Shown here piece by piece: positions 50,713 to 60,146 of a stretch of 64,000 nt of DNA. Within the stretch, counting starts at the first letter, position 1. Each line of letters opens with the position of its first letter. The DNA is taken from NCBI GenBank assembly GCA_045046875.1, contig JASFYY010000095.1, positions 1-64,000 of the forward strand, in the 5' to 3' direction. The translations under genes and the position numbers were made by a program. This DNA is from Verrucomicrobiota bacterium (GTDB lineage: Bacteria > Verrucomicrobiota > Verrucomicrobiia > Verrucomicrobiales > DEV007). The notes under the pieces are model-generated. The model saw nothing but the letters and a program-made list of their open reading frames with translations, did not search any database and was not told the origin of the DNA.

Positions 50713-51696
50713 ATGACCGAACCCGATAGCGCCACCTCTGACAGTCCCCGTCAGAAACAAACGCCCTACCGTGACGCCCGCTCAACTTACTCACAAGTTC
50801 TCCTGATACTCTACGTGCTTGCTTGGCCTGTCGTCATCCTGACGGCTCCGTTGTTCTGGCTATACAGCCCCCTGGCGGGCATCCTCTACGCCCTCACCCT
50901 CGGCCTTCATATTAATACCCAACTCGGCCTTTTTTATCATGAGTTGTGGCACAACGGCTTTTTCAAAAGCCCCCGACGCAATCGTTCTTTCTTTTGGCTC
51001 ATCTCCTTCTACCTCATCTCTAGCCCCCAATTTTACGGCATCGCCCATGCCACTCACCACAAGGAAGTGCACACCTTCGATGACTTGGAATTCTGGCCAG
51101 CCAAAAAAGTCCGCAGCAAGTTGCGCGCCCGCATAGCCCTTGTTTTTGAATTATTTTTCGGCATCATCGCCTGGCAAGTGCGGGTCGCTCCCGCAATTTA
51201 CCAACACAAAAACTACAGCCGCCGAACCAGTGTGCTCTTCACCGGTGGCTGGATCATCATGTTCGCCGGACTGATGTCTGTTTCCCATCTGCTCTACGGT
51301 GAGTTTTTCTGGTACGCCGCCCTCGCCTACGGATTACACCTACTGCTCTTCGCCATTGCGCTACGCTTGTTACAATTTCTCGAACATCTGGGCATCACGG
51401 CTCCTGACCTCGATTACACAACCCGCGCCAATCTCACCCGCAATACCCGACGCCAGGGACTGCTCAACCAGATTTGGCACAAACTCACCCTCAACGAAAC
51501 CGCTGAGCACACTCTCCACCACCTCCGCGCAGGCATTCCCTACCGCAGGTACATGCCCCTGCCGCCTCCTCCCCCCTCAGCTCCCGTGCGCCCCGTTTCC
51601 GTAGTCGACCTACCGCGCATCATCTGGAGCTATTGGCAGAATCCCCTGCGCGAGATCAGCTCCACATCACCCGATCTCGATGAAATCCCTCGCTGA
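50713..51696 (+). CDS. Membrane fatty acid desaturase family protein
   Basis: His boxes HELWH, HATHH, HTLHH plus TM segments. Confidence 0.85.
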   Translation: MTEPDSATSDSPRQKQTPYRDARSTYSQVLLILYVLAWPVVILTAPLFWLYSPLAGILYALTLGLHINTQLGLFYHELWHNGFFKSPRRNRSFFWLISFYLISSPQFYGIAHATHHKEVHTFDDLEFWPAKKVRSKLRARIALVFELFFGIIAWQVRVAPAIYQHKNYSRRTSVLFTGGWIIMFAGLMSVSHLLYGEFFWYAALAYGLHLLLFAIALRLLQFLEHLGITAPDLDYTTRANLTRNTRRQGLLNQIWHKLTLNETAEHTLHHLRAGIPYRRYMPLPPPPPSAPVRPVSVVDLPRIIWSYWQNPLREISSTSPDLDEIPR

Positions 51697-51736
51697 TTCC
51701 ATCGGCTTGATTGATGCCCCAATCAAAACGGGAACT

Positions 51737-53170
51737 CTAACCAGTAAACAAATACCAGAACTGGGCCACAAAAAAACAAATCACCAATCCCATCACCACC
51801 GGAAGCAAAGCAGCAACCGTCGTCCACTTCAGACTACCGGTTTCTTTGTAAATAGTAAAAATGGTTGTGGAACAAGGGTTGTGAACCAAGCTGAACAACA
51901 TCAAATTTATCGCCGTCAACAGAGTCCAACCTCCTGCCGCAAAGACCTTCAGATAAGCCTCGTCGTCGGTCAGCTCAAACATCACTCCGCTGCCTTCTCC
52001 CACCCCTGATATTTTTGCGCTGAGAATGGTCAGCATCAAAATGGTGGGGATGACAATTTCGTTCGCCGGTATGGCAATGATATACGCCAATAGAATGACC
52101 CCGTTCAAGCCGATCAACAGAGCAAAAGGGTTCATCCCATTGATCAAATGCTCGGCAATGCTCAAGTCACCCAGCGTCACATTTGCCAACAACCAGATGG
52201 CAGCGCCCGCCGGAACCGCAAACACAACCGCACGCCACAGCACCAACAAGGTCCGGTCTATAATCGAAGTATAAAGGGTCTTCCAAAATCTCGGCGGGCG
52301 ATAAGGCGGCAACTCCAGACTGAATGTCGAAGGCTGCCCACGAAGAACGGTGCGTGACAGGCCCCAGGAAGTGACAAAAGTTAAAAAGACTCCAATCAAG
52401 GTGATCCCCACCACCGCAGCAGCCGAAACCAAACCCGCAATCGCCGGAGGTGCCATGGCTCCGATAAATAACGAAGCAATCAAAATCTGGGTAGGCCAAC
52501 GCCCGTTGCACAGCGCAAAATTATTAGTGATAATGGCGATCAAGCGTTCCCGCGGACTGTCGATCACCCGGGTGGCAATGATGCCGGCAGCGTTGCAACC
52601 GTAACCCATACTCATCGACAGTGCCTGCTTGCCATGCGCACCCGCCTTACGAAACATGTTGTCCAAATTAAAAGCCACCCGGGGCAAATATCCAAAGTCT
52701 TCCAACAAAGTGAATAACGGGAAAAATATCGCCATCGGCGGCAGCATCACCGCGACCACCCAGGCGGCAGCCAGATACACACCATCAATCAACAAGCCGT
52801 CCAACCACCACGGCATATGCATGCCCGCCGCCACCCCTTTCAAAAACGGATGCCCCATATCAATCAACAAACTAGCCAACATAGCGGAAGGCACGTTCGC
52901 CCCGGCAATCGTCAGCCAGAAAACCACTGCCAAAATCAACAACATCACTGGAAAACCCGTCCAGCGGCTGGTCAGCAATCGATCCAAATTACGCTCCCAG
53001 TCAAATCGCGTGTGTTCGCCCTCACGAGTCACCACCCGATCCGCGATACGGGTAGCATCCGCGTATATGGATTCCATTAAAGTTTCGTGCAGATTTCCAC
53101 CCACTTCCCAGCGCAAGGCGTTAGCACTTTCCAGGATCTCATCCACATTGTTGTGATTTTCCTCATCCAT
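51737..53170 (-). CDS. feoB: FeoB membrane (gate) domain protein, C-terminal half of a split FeoB
   Basis: LEDFGYLPRVAF, GKQAL-GYGCNA, ELPPYRPP, PANE, PCSTT. Confidence 0.88.
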   Translation of the reverse strand: MDEENHNNVDEILESANALRWEVGGNLHETLMESIYADATRIADRVVTREGEHTRFDWERNLDRLLTSRWTGFPVMLLILAVVFWLTIAGANVPSAMLASLLIDMGHPFLKGVAAGMHMPWWLDGLLIDGVYLAAAWVVAVMLPPMAIFFPLFTLLEDFGYLPRVAFNLDNMFRKAGAHGKQALSMSMGYGCNAAGIIATRVIDSPRERLIAIITNNFALCNGRWPTQILIASLFIGAMAPPAIAGLVSAAAVVGITLIGVFLTFVTSWGLSRTVLRGQPSTFSLELPPYRPPRFWKTLYTSIIDRTLLVLWRAVVFAVPAGAAIWLLANVTLGDLSIAEHLINGMNPFALLIGLNGVILLAYIIAIPANEIVIPTILMLTILSAKISGVGEGSGVMFELTDDEAYLKVFAAGGWTLLTAINLMLFSLVHNPCSTTIFTIYKETGSLKWTTVAALLPVVMGLVICFFVAQFWYLFTG

Positions 53171-53229
53171 GTCTCAAAAATTTCTTATTCTACAAACTCA
53201 AAATCTGCCCCGGCCAATCCCGGCAATCA

Positions 53230-54048
53230 TCACATCGCAGCCATCAGGTTTTGATTTTTGTCCTCGCGATCCAAATCTTCCAACTCACCGTCACGCAACG
53301 CTTCAATAATCCGCTGATCCCCTTCCATTATCCGCAAAGCCACCCAACGAGGATTTGGCAATCGAGGAAATTGTTGCTCGATCTTTTCAATCAATTGGTT
53401 CAGCGCACGATTGAGCTTCGTCGATCCACTCTTGATCCGATAAGGCCGGCACACCGTTTGACCACTTGCCACCTCATTGATCGCCTGTAACAATTGCTCT
53501 ATCCCTTCCCCCGAACGCGCTGAAGTCGCCACCACGGGTATGCCCAACTCTTTAGCCAACAAGCGCTCATCAACCGTTACATGATGCCTGCTCGCCTCAT
53601 CCACCAGATTCAAACACAACACCGCGCGATCAGTGATCTCCAACACCTGCAAAGCCAGATTCAAATTGCGTTCCAGGCGACTGGCATCCACCACTATCAC
53701 GGTGACGTCCGGACGGCCAAATAAAATAAAATTGCGCGCCACCTCCTCGTCGGTGCTGGTGGACAAAAGCGAATACGTCCCCGGCAGATCAATCATCTTG
53801 TAACGCTTATCTCCGTATTGATAGCCCCCCTCAGCGCGGGTCACCGTTTTGCCGGGCCAATTACCCGTATGCTGCCGCAAACCCGTCAGGGCATTAAAAA
53901 CCGTACTCTTGCCCGTATTGGGATTGCCCGCCAAAGCGACCACATAATCAAAGTTGTCCATTTTGATCCCCATCCGGATCAAATTACCCGCATGATGAGA
54001 TGGACAAGTATCGCAAGGACTGGCGCTCTCGTTTTTTTCGTTTTTCAT
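53230..54048 (-). CDS. feoB: FeoB small GTPase domain protein, N-terminal half of a split FeoB
   Basis: GNPNTGKS, GNWPGKTV, DLPGTYS, VDA-LERNL, NLVD. Confidence 0.9.
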   Translation of the reverse strand: MKNEKNESASPCDTCPSHHAGNLIRMGIKMDNFDYVVALAGNPNTGKSTVFNALTGLRQHTGNWPGKTVTRAEGGYQYGDKRYKMIDLPGTYSLLSTSTDEEVARNFILFGRPDVTVIVVDASRLERNLNLALQVLEITDRAVLCLNLVDEASRHHVTVDERLLAKELGIPVVATSARSGEGIEQLLQAINEVASGQTVCRPYRIKSGSTKLNRALNQLIEKIEQQFPRLPNPRWVALRIMEGDQRIIEALRDGELEDLDREDKNQNLMAAM

Positions 54049-55058
54049 TTTTCCACTAAAATCAAATCCGCCTGACTTTTCCTCAACGCAATGATAGCGC
54101 CCCTTATTTCATACGCAGTAGGATCACCTGCCGCACTGCTCATTTCTGCTTTTATACGAGTGCCTGATATGACACCCAGATCCATCAAACGACGACGCTG
54201 CACTCCGCGACAGGCCCTGGATATAGAGACCACCGAAGCGCTTTCCCCCGGAGCCAGCTGCGATAGTTTTGGGTAACTCGATTCTTCAGATTTTTTTTCT
54301 GCCAAAGCCAATACGGTCACATTAACCGCAAATACCGGAGCCAAGGATTGCTCCTCCCCATCCAAAGCAAAACGAACCCTCACCGGACTGCAATCGAGGA
54401 TGTGGATGTGTTTGCCCACATCAAATCCCTGAGCCACTAATTGAGCAAAAATTTCCTCTGGTTCATCTTCGATATGAATGACTTCAGCCGTTTGCCCTTT
54501 TTGCAAATCAGTCATCGGCATTCCCAGCGAAGGAGGCAATTCCCCGCGCGCCGTAGGAATCGGATCCCCATGGGGGTCATATAGCGGATTGCCAAGCTGG
54601 GCCGCCAGGACATTGGCTTCACCAAAGGTCATTTTATGCTCCTGTTGTTCAGCCTCCGCATGCCATTCCGGAGCCGGCACCCCGGTTTCGTCAGCCAGGT
54701 ATCGCTCCCACACCCGGTGAATCCGAATAATACGCAAGGCATACGAGCGCCCTTCATCCGTCAATTGCAGCGTATTGCCCTGCGATTTCACCAAGTCCAG
54801 AGCTTCGAGCCGCGTCAATAATTCAATCGCACGCCCCGCACTGATAGAGAGCCCGCCGGAAAGGCTCTGCAAAGTACAAGGCAACTGTTTGTATTCCCCA
54901 TCATACAAATATTTCAAAGCGTTCTCGATCAAAGCCCGCCCGGTGTTTTGCCAGGCACGTCGCCATTGCCATAGATAGCCCTTATGAGGACGAAAAAACA
55001 AATACAAAGCCAACAATAAAGCGAACCCTATCAGCAAGGTTGTCAAAGGGGATAACAT
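54045..55058 (-). CDS. Membrane-anchored DtxR/MntR-like protein fused to two FeoA domains
   Basis: N-terminal TM helix; LT-EG-IIR-HR-WE-YL, AEQQEH, DPHGDPIP; two SH3-like repeats ending RRLMDLG-GDPTAY-IRG-IALR. Confidence 0.85.
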   Translation of the reverse strand: MLSPLTTLLIGFALLLALYLFFRPHKGYLWQWRRAWQNTGRALIENALKYLYDGEYKQLPCTLQSLSGGLSISAGRAIELLTRLEALDLVKSQGNTLQLTDEGRSYALRIIRIHRVWERYLADETGVPAPEWHAEAEQQEHKMTFGEANVLAAQLGNPLYDPHGDPIPTARGELPPSLGMPMTDLQKGQTAEVIHIEDEPEEIFAQLVAQGFDVGKHIHILDCSPVRVRFALDGEEQSLAPVFAVNVTVLALAEKKSEESSYPKLSQLAPGESASVVSISRACRGVQRRRLMDLGVISGTRIKAEMSSAAGDPTAYEIRGAIIALRKSQADLILVEK

Positions 55059-55083
55059 ATCAGCCTACCCCCCTGCTGTAATT

Positions 55084-55156
55084 AATTTTGTTCACGAATA
55101 CAAATTAGGCTGACCTAACATACTTATGCAAGAGAAATTTTTAGCCGAAGACCGAA
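55084..55156. promoter_or_regulatory. DtxR/MntR-type operator(s) in the divergent promoter
   Basis: TTAGG-CTGA-CCTAA palindrome at 55105-55118; adjacent TTTGT...ACAAA imperfect palindrome at 55084-55106. Confidence 0.65.
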
Positions 55157-55168
55157 ACATGCGCTAGA

Positions 55169-55699
55169 ATGACAACCATCTTGGACCCTATGAGCCCATC
55201 AAAACCTACAGCCAGCGGAAAAAAATCGCCTTCATCCAAATCCACAAAATCTACAGGATCATCGAAACCGGCTCGCAATCAAACGCGTGCGGTTGAAGAT
55301 TATTTGGAGCAAATTTACAATCTGATTGAAGACAAAGGTTACGCCCGGGTGATCGACATTGCTCAAAACCTGGGCCTCGCCCAGGCCAGCGTCACCAACA
55401 TGATCCAGCGCCTCGACAGTGAAGGATACATCATTTACGAAAAATACCGCGGCCTCACCCTCACTGACAGTGGACGCAAAGTCGGCGAAGCCATCACCCG
55501 CCGCCACCAACTGCTGACCCGCCTGTTGCGCCACTTTAATCTGGACGAAGACACCATCTACGAAGACGTCGAAGGCATGGAGCATCACATCAGCCGCCCC
55601 ACCCTCGAAGTCATCAGCGCCCTCTGCGAAGAACTCGAAAGCAGTCCGGCACTGCTCAAACGACTAAAAAAACGCATCAAAGAGCACGGGAAAGGGTGA
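55169..55699 (+). CDS. mntR: MntR/DtxR family metal-dependent regulator
   Basis: EDYLEQIY, ARV-DIA-L-ASVT-M-RL, YEKYRG-LT, DVEGMEHH. Confidence 0.88.
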   Translation: MTTILDPMSPSKPTASGKKSPSSKSTKSTGSSKPARNQTRAVEDYLEQIYNLIEDKGYARVIDIAQNLGLAQASVTNMIQRLDSEGYIIYEKYRGLTLTDSGRKVGEAITRRHQLLTRLLRHFNLDEDTIYEDVEGMEHHISRPTLEVISALCEELESSPALLKRLKKRIKEHGKG

Positions 55700-55702
55700 G
55701 TT

Positions 55703-56053
55703 TCACTCTACTTCATCTGTTGATTGACCCGCACCCGTCACCCACTGCACGGCATCTTTCCAGCATTGCGGATCATAGTCCACATAGCTCTGGTGCCCCA
55801 GCCCCTCAAACTTGTAAAATTTCTTAGTCGTCGGAATAACATCAAACACCCGCCGAGCTTCACCGACACGAGCTCGCACATCTTCAGTTCCATGAAGAAA
55901 TACAGCCGGACAAGCTACTGCCTTAGCATAGGTGACCGGGTTGTGAGAAAAAGCATCAAAGCCAAATTGCTGCCCGCTCCAAAATAATAGTAAGTGGGCA
56001 CTTGGAAACGAAGGCACACCCATCGCTTCGAAACGATGCTCCACTGTGTGCAA
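55703..56053 (-). pseudogene. C-terminal fragment of an alpha/beta hydrolase
   Basis: Has P-FLHG-ED and F-GLGH but no nucleophile elbow; upstream gene stop lies 11 nt away, so no room for the N-terminus. Confidence 0.6.
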
Positions 56054-56064
56054 GGTTTACGAGC

Positions 56065-57924
56065 TCAATTTAATGTAACCGTTTGAGCTTCACCCCCCAC
56101 TTTGGCATCTTCTGATACAAGCGTGTCCGGCGTATTTTTTCCAACTTTAATGATGAAGGTCTTTCCCTTCGGCGCCCCCGGAGCAAAGGTCTTTCCCCTG
56201 GCTCGAACCGTGTAGAGAATTTCCTTGGACTCGGCATCGATGAGTTGAACCACCGGATTTTCAACATCAAATGTCAGTTCCCCAAGCTTGCCCCATGACG
56301 GCGGGCTGTAGTTATCAAACTGAGAGATCGTCCGTGGCCAGCCTGTATATTGTTTGGCCGACGGGTCGGTGACATCCACATTGCGCGGCCAACATTCCAT
56401 GGTGATCTCACGGGTTTTGGTATTAAGGCGCACGATACCAAAACCTGCCGCACGGGTGTTGAGAACATTGCCTGCGGGCTGTTTCTCAGGATTAGCCGCA
56501 GCGTAGTTGGTCACTTTGTTGTTGAACCCGTCGAAAAGATCCCCAGTGTAATCGGGAGCACCGGGCTCGCGATTAAGGCCGGGTTCCAGAGGCTCCCACC
56601 AACGCAGATAGAGGTTGGCGATGGAAGGCAAGCAGAACGACCAGATGGCATCACGGTGCTCGTCGATGCCATGATGGAAAATAGTAGCGAGATGTTGGTC
56701 TCCGGCGAAATGGAAAGCGAAGCCTTTTCGCAGCCCCTCTAAGGCATGGTTTCGTCCAGTTTGCGGCCAACCGTTGGAATCCATGTCAGCATGGAGCCGA
56801 CCGTTCGCGTTGCCGTGAATGTGAGCACCTCCACAAAAAATGGTCGCTGAAAGAGCTACCTTCATATTGGCATGCCTCCAATCTTGGGACCAGTTGTCAA
56901 TAAACTTCAGCTGTCGTTCACCGAGCAAAACAGCACCATCCACATCAACGCTGGCCGGGTCATACTCAGGGTTACGAATATGGTCCGGGCGAGGCCCCTG
57001 CTTGGGCACCCGCCCAGCGGGGCCTGTTTTAAATTTACGGTCTTCGAGAATCGCAAAATCAACATTCCCCCAATTAAGGTTAGTAAAATACACCCCAATC
57101 CCCTGACCGATTTTGTGAGGATCAACGGGGTCAGGCAAATGACTGGTCTGAGCCCGTTCGACTTCCTGAATGTAACTACCAGGTTGAATATAGCCCCCGT
57201 CGGCAGCACCCGGAAGAGTGGATACCTTTCCGCTTTCGCCCCATAGATTAGGCTGCCCGGCATCGTGATCATCGGGCAGACAAATAGTCGGCCGATCTTT
57301 TATAATCTCACCAAAATCCCGACCGAACTTGAGCCAGGCGGCATAGTGTTTGTGGTGGTCATATACCTGATCTCCGGAAAAGAAAAGAACATCGGCATCG
57401 ACCCTCTTGACATTATCGATCAGATCCTGACGAGAGATATCCCCACCATGTGCCGGTTGGATCGAATTCCCCGTATAACCAGCAACAATGATTTCATCCT
57501 TGTCGATCGGATTCTTGCGAATCATTCCTTCGTAAAAAGCCTCCGTGCCGTGGGCAACACGATATTTCTGCGCCTTGGAGTCGTCCCAATTTTCAACGCG
57601 GAAAGGAGCCGTCCAACCCTGTTCAATCACGCTTACCTTAGCGACTTCGACCCATTTGCCATCCTGCTCGATTTCCAGACGCACCTCTTTGCTTGCTCCC
57701 TTTGGGATAGGATAAAGCTGAGCGGTCAGTTTGAGGGTTTTATCATGAACGGTATAAAGCGCAAAACAGATGATATCCTTTTTTTCTACTTTTGGAATCA
57801 CCAGGACAGCACGAGGTTTTCTTTTCTTTTTTTTGTTCTGCTGAGCGTCGGCCACACCAACAAAAACAAGCGCGGCACAACAAAAAGTGAGAAATGATTG
57901 AAGCTTCATCAAGATGCCTATCAT
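56065..57924 (-). CDS. PhoD-like metallophosphoesterase, secreted
   Basis: GDQVY, PDDHD, LEDR, GDQH metal-binding motifs; signal peptide. Confidence 0.75.
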   Translation of the reverse strand: MIGILMKLQSFLTFCCAALVFVGVADAQQNKKKKRKPRAVLVIPKVEKKDIICFALYTVHDKTLKLTAQLYPIPKGASKEVRLEIEQDGKWVEVAKVSVIEQGWTAPFRVENWDDSKAQKYRVAHGTEAFYEGMIRKNPIDKDEIIVAGYTGNSIQPAHGGDISRQDLIDNVKRVDADVLFFSGDQVYDHHKHYAAWLKFGRDFGEIIKDRPTICLPDDHDAGQPNLWGESGKVSTLPGAADGGYIQPGSYIQEVERAQTSHLPDPVDPHKIGQGIGVYFTNLNWGNVDFAILEDRKFKTGPAGRVPKQGPRPDHIRNPEYDPASVDVDGAVLLGERQLKFIDNWSQDWRHANMKVALSATIFCGGAHIHGNANGRLHADMDSNGWPQTGRNHALEGLRKGFAFHFAGDQHLATIFHHGIDEHRDAIWSFCLPSIANLYLRWWEPLEPGLNREPGAPDYTGDLFDGFNNKVTNYAAANPEKQPAGNVLNTRAAGFGIVRLNTKTREITMECWPRNVDVTDPSAKQYTGWPRTISQFDNYSPPSWGKLGELTFDVENPVVQLIDAESKEILYTVRARGKTFAPGAPKGKTFIIKVGKNTPDTLVSEDAKVGGEAQTVTLN

Positions 57925-57943
57925 TTCATTATCAGCCTGTCAG

Positions 57944-58861
57944 CTAAAGTTTTCGTTCAGGGGGTGGCGGATTCGCGGTATCTGACGACTTTGATGCAAG
58001 CTGGAGACCTTCGTTTACTTGTGGTTTGCGCCAAAGAAAAAAAAGATACAGAGGGATCATGAAATGCGGAGCACGAAGAATGACTTCGTGAATGTAATGA
58101 TCAGCACCCCAGTAGTTCAAGCTCATCGACATCCCCGCAACGGGTCTGGCAAGGGCCGCCAGAAACCCCCAAACGGCCGCATAGAGCATGCAAGGGCGAC
58201 GCCATAAGGGTATAAAAATACCAATGCAGACAACAAAATCGAGAGTCCCAACGACATGAAGAAAAATCCGAACCGTATCATGCTCCACCTGAAGGATCAC
58301 AGATGTCATGCCATAAAAAATCGCAGGCGTCGGCCAATGATAACCAAAAGCATATAAACCATGGCCGGCAAAGGTCATGATCAATGCCGCCATAGCGGTC
58401 CTCACCGTAACCCGGTGGCGGACTCCAAAAACAAGTGCCATCACCAGGATGATAGGAATGAGCATCTGCCCGCCATGCTCGATGAACATGGGGAATTGAC
58501 TCTGAATAGCGAGATATTTGGCATAAGCCAAAACCATGAGCAAAACACTGCCACCGATAAGAGCCGCCATCTGCAAATGTGATTTATGACGAACCGTGAG
58601 ACTCAAAATGCTACAAGCCAGGTAGAGCCATGCTATTCGGTGGATCCACTTCTGAATCAAACCATCATTCGCCCCCGTGCCGACAAATTCCTCCCAACTG
58701 ATCCCGAATCGTTCGACCCATGCATAAGTAGTATCCTGCCAGAGAAGAATGCCATAGGGTCCCTGCCAGTAGAAGTGCACCCAAGTCCAGCCAGCGAAGC
58801 AAAAAAATGCTCCCAGACGGAGACAGAGCAGCAGAATTCGATCAAGCTTCGTTTGAGTCAT
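57944..58861 (-). CDS. Hypothetical polytopic membrane protein
   Basis: About 7 hydrophobic segments; EHGGQ, TFAGHGLYA, RAPH motifs. Confidence 0.7.
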   Translation of the reverse strand: MTQTKLDRILLLCLRLGAFFCFAGWTWVHFYWQGPYGILLWQDTTYAWVERFGISWEEFVGTGANDGLIQKWIHRIAWLYLACSILSLTVRHKSHLQMAALIGGSVLLMVLAYAKYLAIQSQFPMFIEHGGQMLIPIILVMALVFGVRHRVTVRTAMAALIMTFAGHGLYAFGYHWPTPAIFYGMTSVILQVEHDTVRIFLHVVGTLDFVVCIGIFIPLWRRPCMLYAAVWGFLAALARPVAGMSMSLNYWGADHYIHEVILRAPHFMIPLYLFFLWRKPQVNEGLQLASKSSDTANPPPPERKL

Positions 58862-59099
58862 AGTGAATCGGTGAGGCAGCTACCGCCTACGGCACCACCT
58901 CCCTCTACCATAGCGAAAATCTCGCCCGATCCACTGATTTCTGCGCCGCAATCATGCCCATTGAGAGCAATAAAACAGACAAGGCTAAATAAAATGATGA
59001 CGATGAAAAAGTGTTCGTGGCTTCATCGCTATATCAAAAACTAAGCTATAGAATATTACTGATGTGAACAGAAAAATTTAAAAAACTTGAGTGATATTC

Positions 59100-60146
59100 T
59101 CAAAGTCGGGCAAAATCAAAATAAAATGGTCGTTTCACCTTTGGCGGGTCGCCAAAAAATCCGACGAGAAAATGGCCTGCCGTTACTTGCTTGGAACTCA
59201 ACCCATCCAAAGCCGCCGTCAAAGGGTCCTCAATATCCAAGCCCAGCCCATACAAGCCTCTTGTCTCCAGCACTCCTGCCAACAAGGCTTTGAATATTTT
59301 TGGATCCCTATTTTTACACAACAAGGTCGTCAATGCTTTTGATGAAATACACTCGCCAATCGCGGGTAAACGTGGCCTCCCTCCCAACTCCGCCCACACA
59401 TTATAAAAAGGACGCGCAAGGCGCACCCCTCGACCATAACCTGTGATTCGGGTACGGTTAATTGAACTTGTATCCCAAATTCCAAGCATGCCAATCAACT
59501 CCCCCCCTTGCTCGGCCAACCTGAAGTCTACTCCCCCCATGGCAGCGATATCCACCCAGGGAGTAAAACTGGCACTACCAGCCTCCCTTTCCAACAAACT
59601 TTGCATGGCCACCCGGTCTTCAATCCCAGCACTTCTTACTTTAATCGCCTCAGTCGTCCCGTTCACCTTCTGTGACTGAAGGAACCAGGATCTATAAATC
59701 CCACAAGGATGATACACCGGCAAACCTGCCCGCCCGCTCGTTAGATACTTACTCCCTTCCCGATTATCCTCAAGCACCAAGGTTTGAGCCCATTCCCCTT
59801 CGTCAAATACCTGTTGTTTTAAGGTTTTAAAACCGCGCGCAAGCAGCATTCCCTTCCGATACTCCTGCCTAATTCTCAGATCAGATAAATAACGAATTTT
59901 TTTCACCTCTCCATCAACAAATACCGAACGCTTCCCCGCAGAAAAAACTCCCACAGCTCGGCCTGAACCTTTCTCAAAGGCAGCCCACACTTCCGGCTCA
60001 TCAGCCTGCAAATAACAGCTAGCAAAAAAATCATCCCCTCGCTCCTGACATATCTGAATGCCTTGCCCCATCGGGGTCTCGCGCATTAACGCGCACAATG
60101 CCTGCGAATCGGACAACTCTGCTTTTCTGTAAACTAACTCTCCCAT
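59100..60146 (-). CDS. GNAT-fold acyltransferase-like protein
   Basis: YRKAE-D-AL N-terminus, YLSDLRIRQEYRKG-LA motif-A-like segment, second VRSA-D repeat; overlaps GH3 gene by 13 nt. Confidence 0.65.
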   Translation of the reverse strand: MGELVYRKAELSDSQALCALMRETPMGQGIQICQERGDDFFASCYLQADEPEVWAAFEKGSGRAVGVFSAGKRSVFVDGEVKKIRYLSDLRIRQEYRKGMLLARGFKTLKQQVFDEGEWAQTLVLEDNREGSKYLTSGRAGLPVYHPCGIYRSWFLQSQKVNGTTEAIKVRSAGIEDRVAMQSLLEREAGSASFTPWVDIAAMGGVDFRLAEQGGELIGMLGIWDTSSINRTRITGYGRGVRLARPFYNVWAELGGRPRLPAIGECISSKALTTLLCKNRDPKIFKALLAGVLETRGLYGLGLDIEDPLTAALDGLSSKQVTAGHFLVGFFGDPPKVKRPFYFDFARL

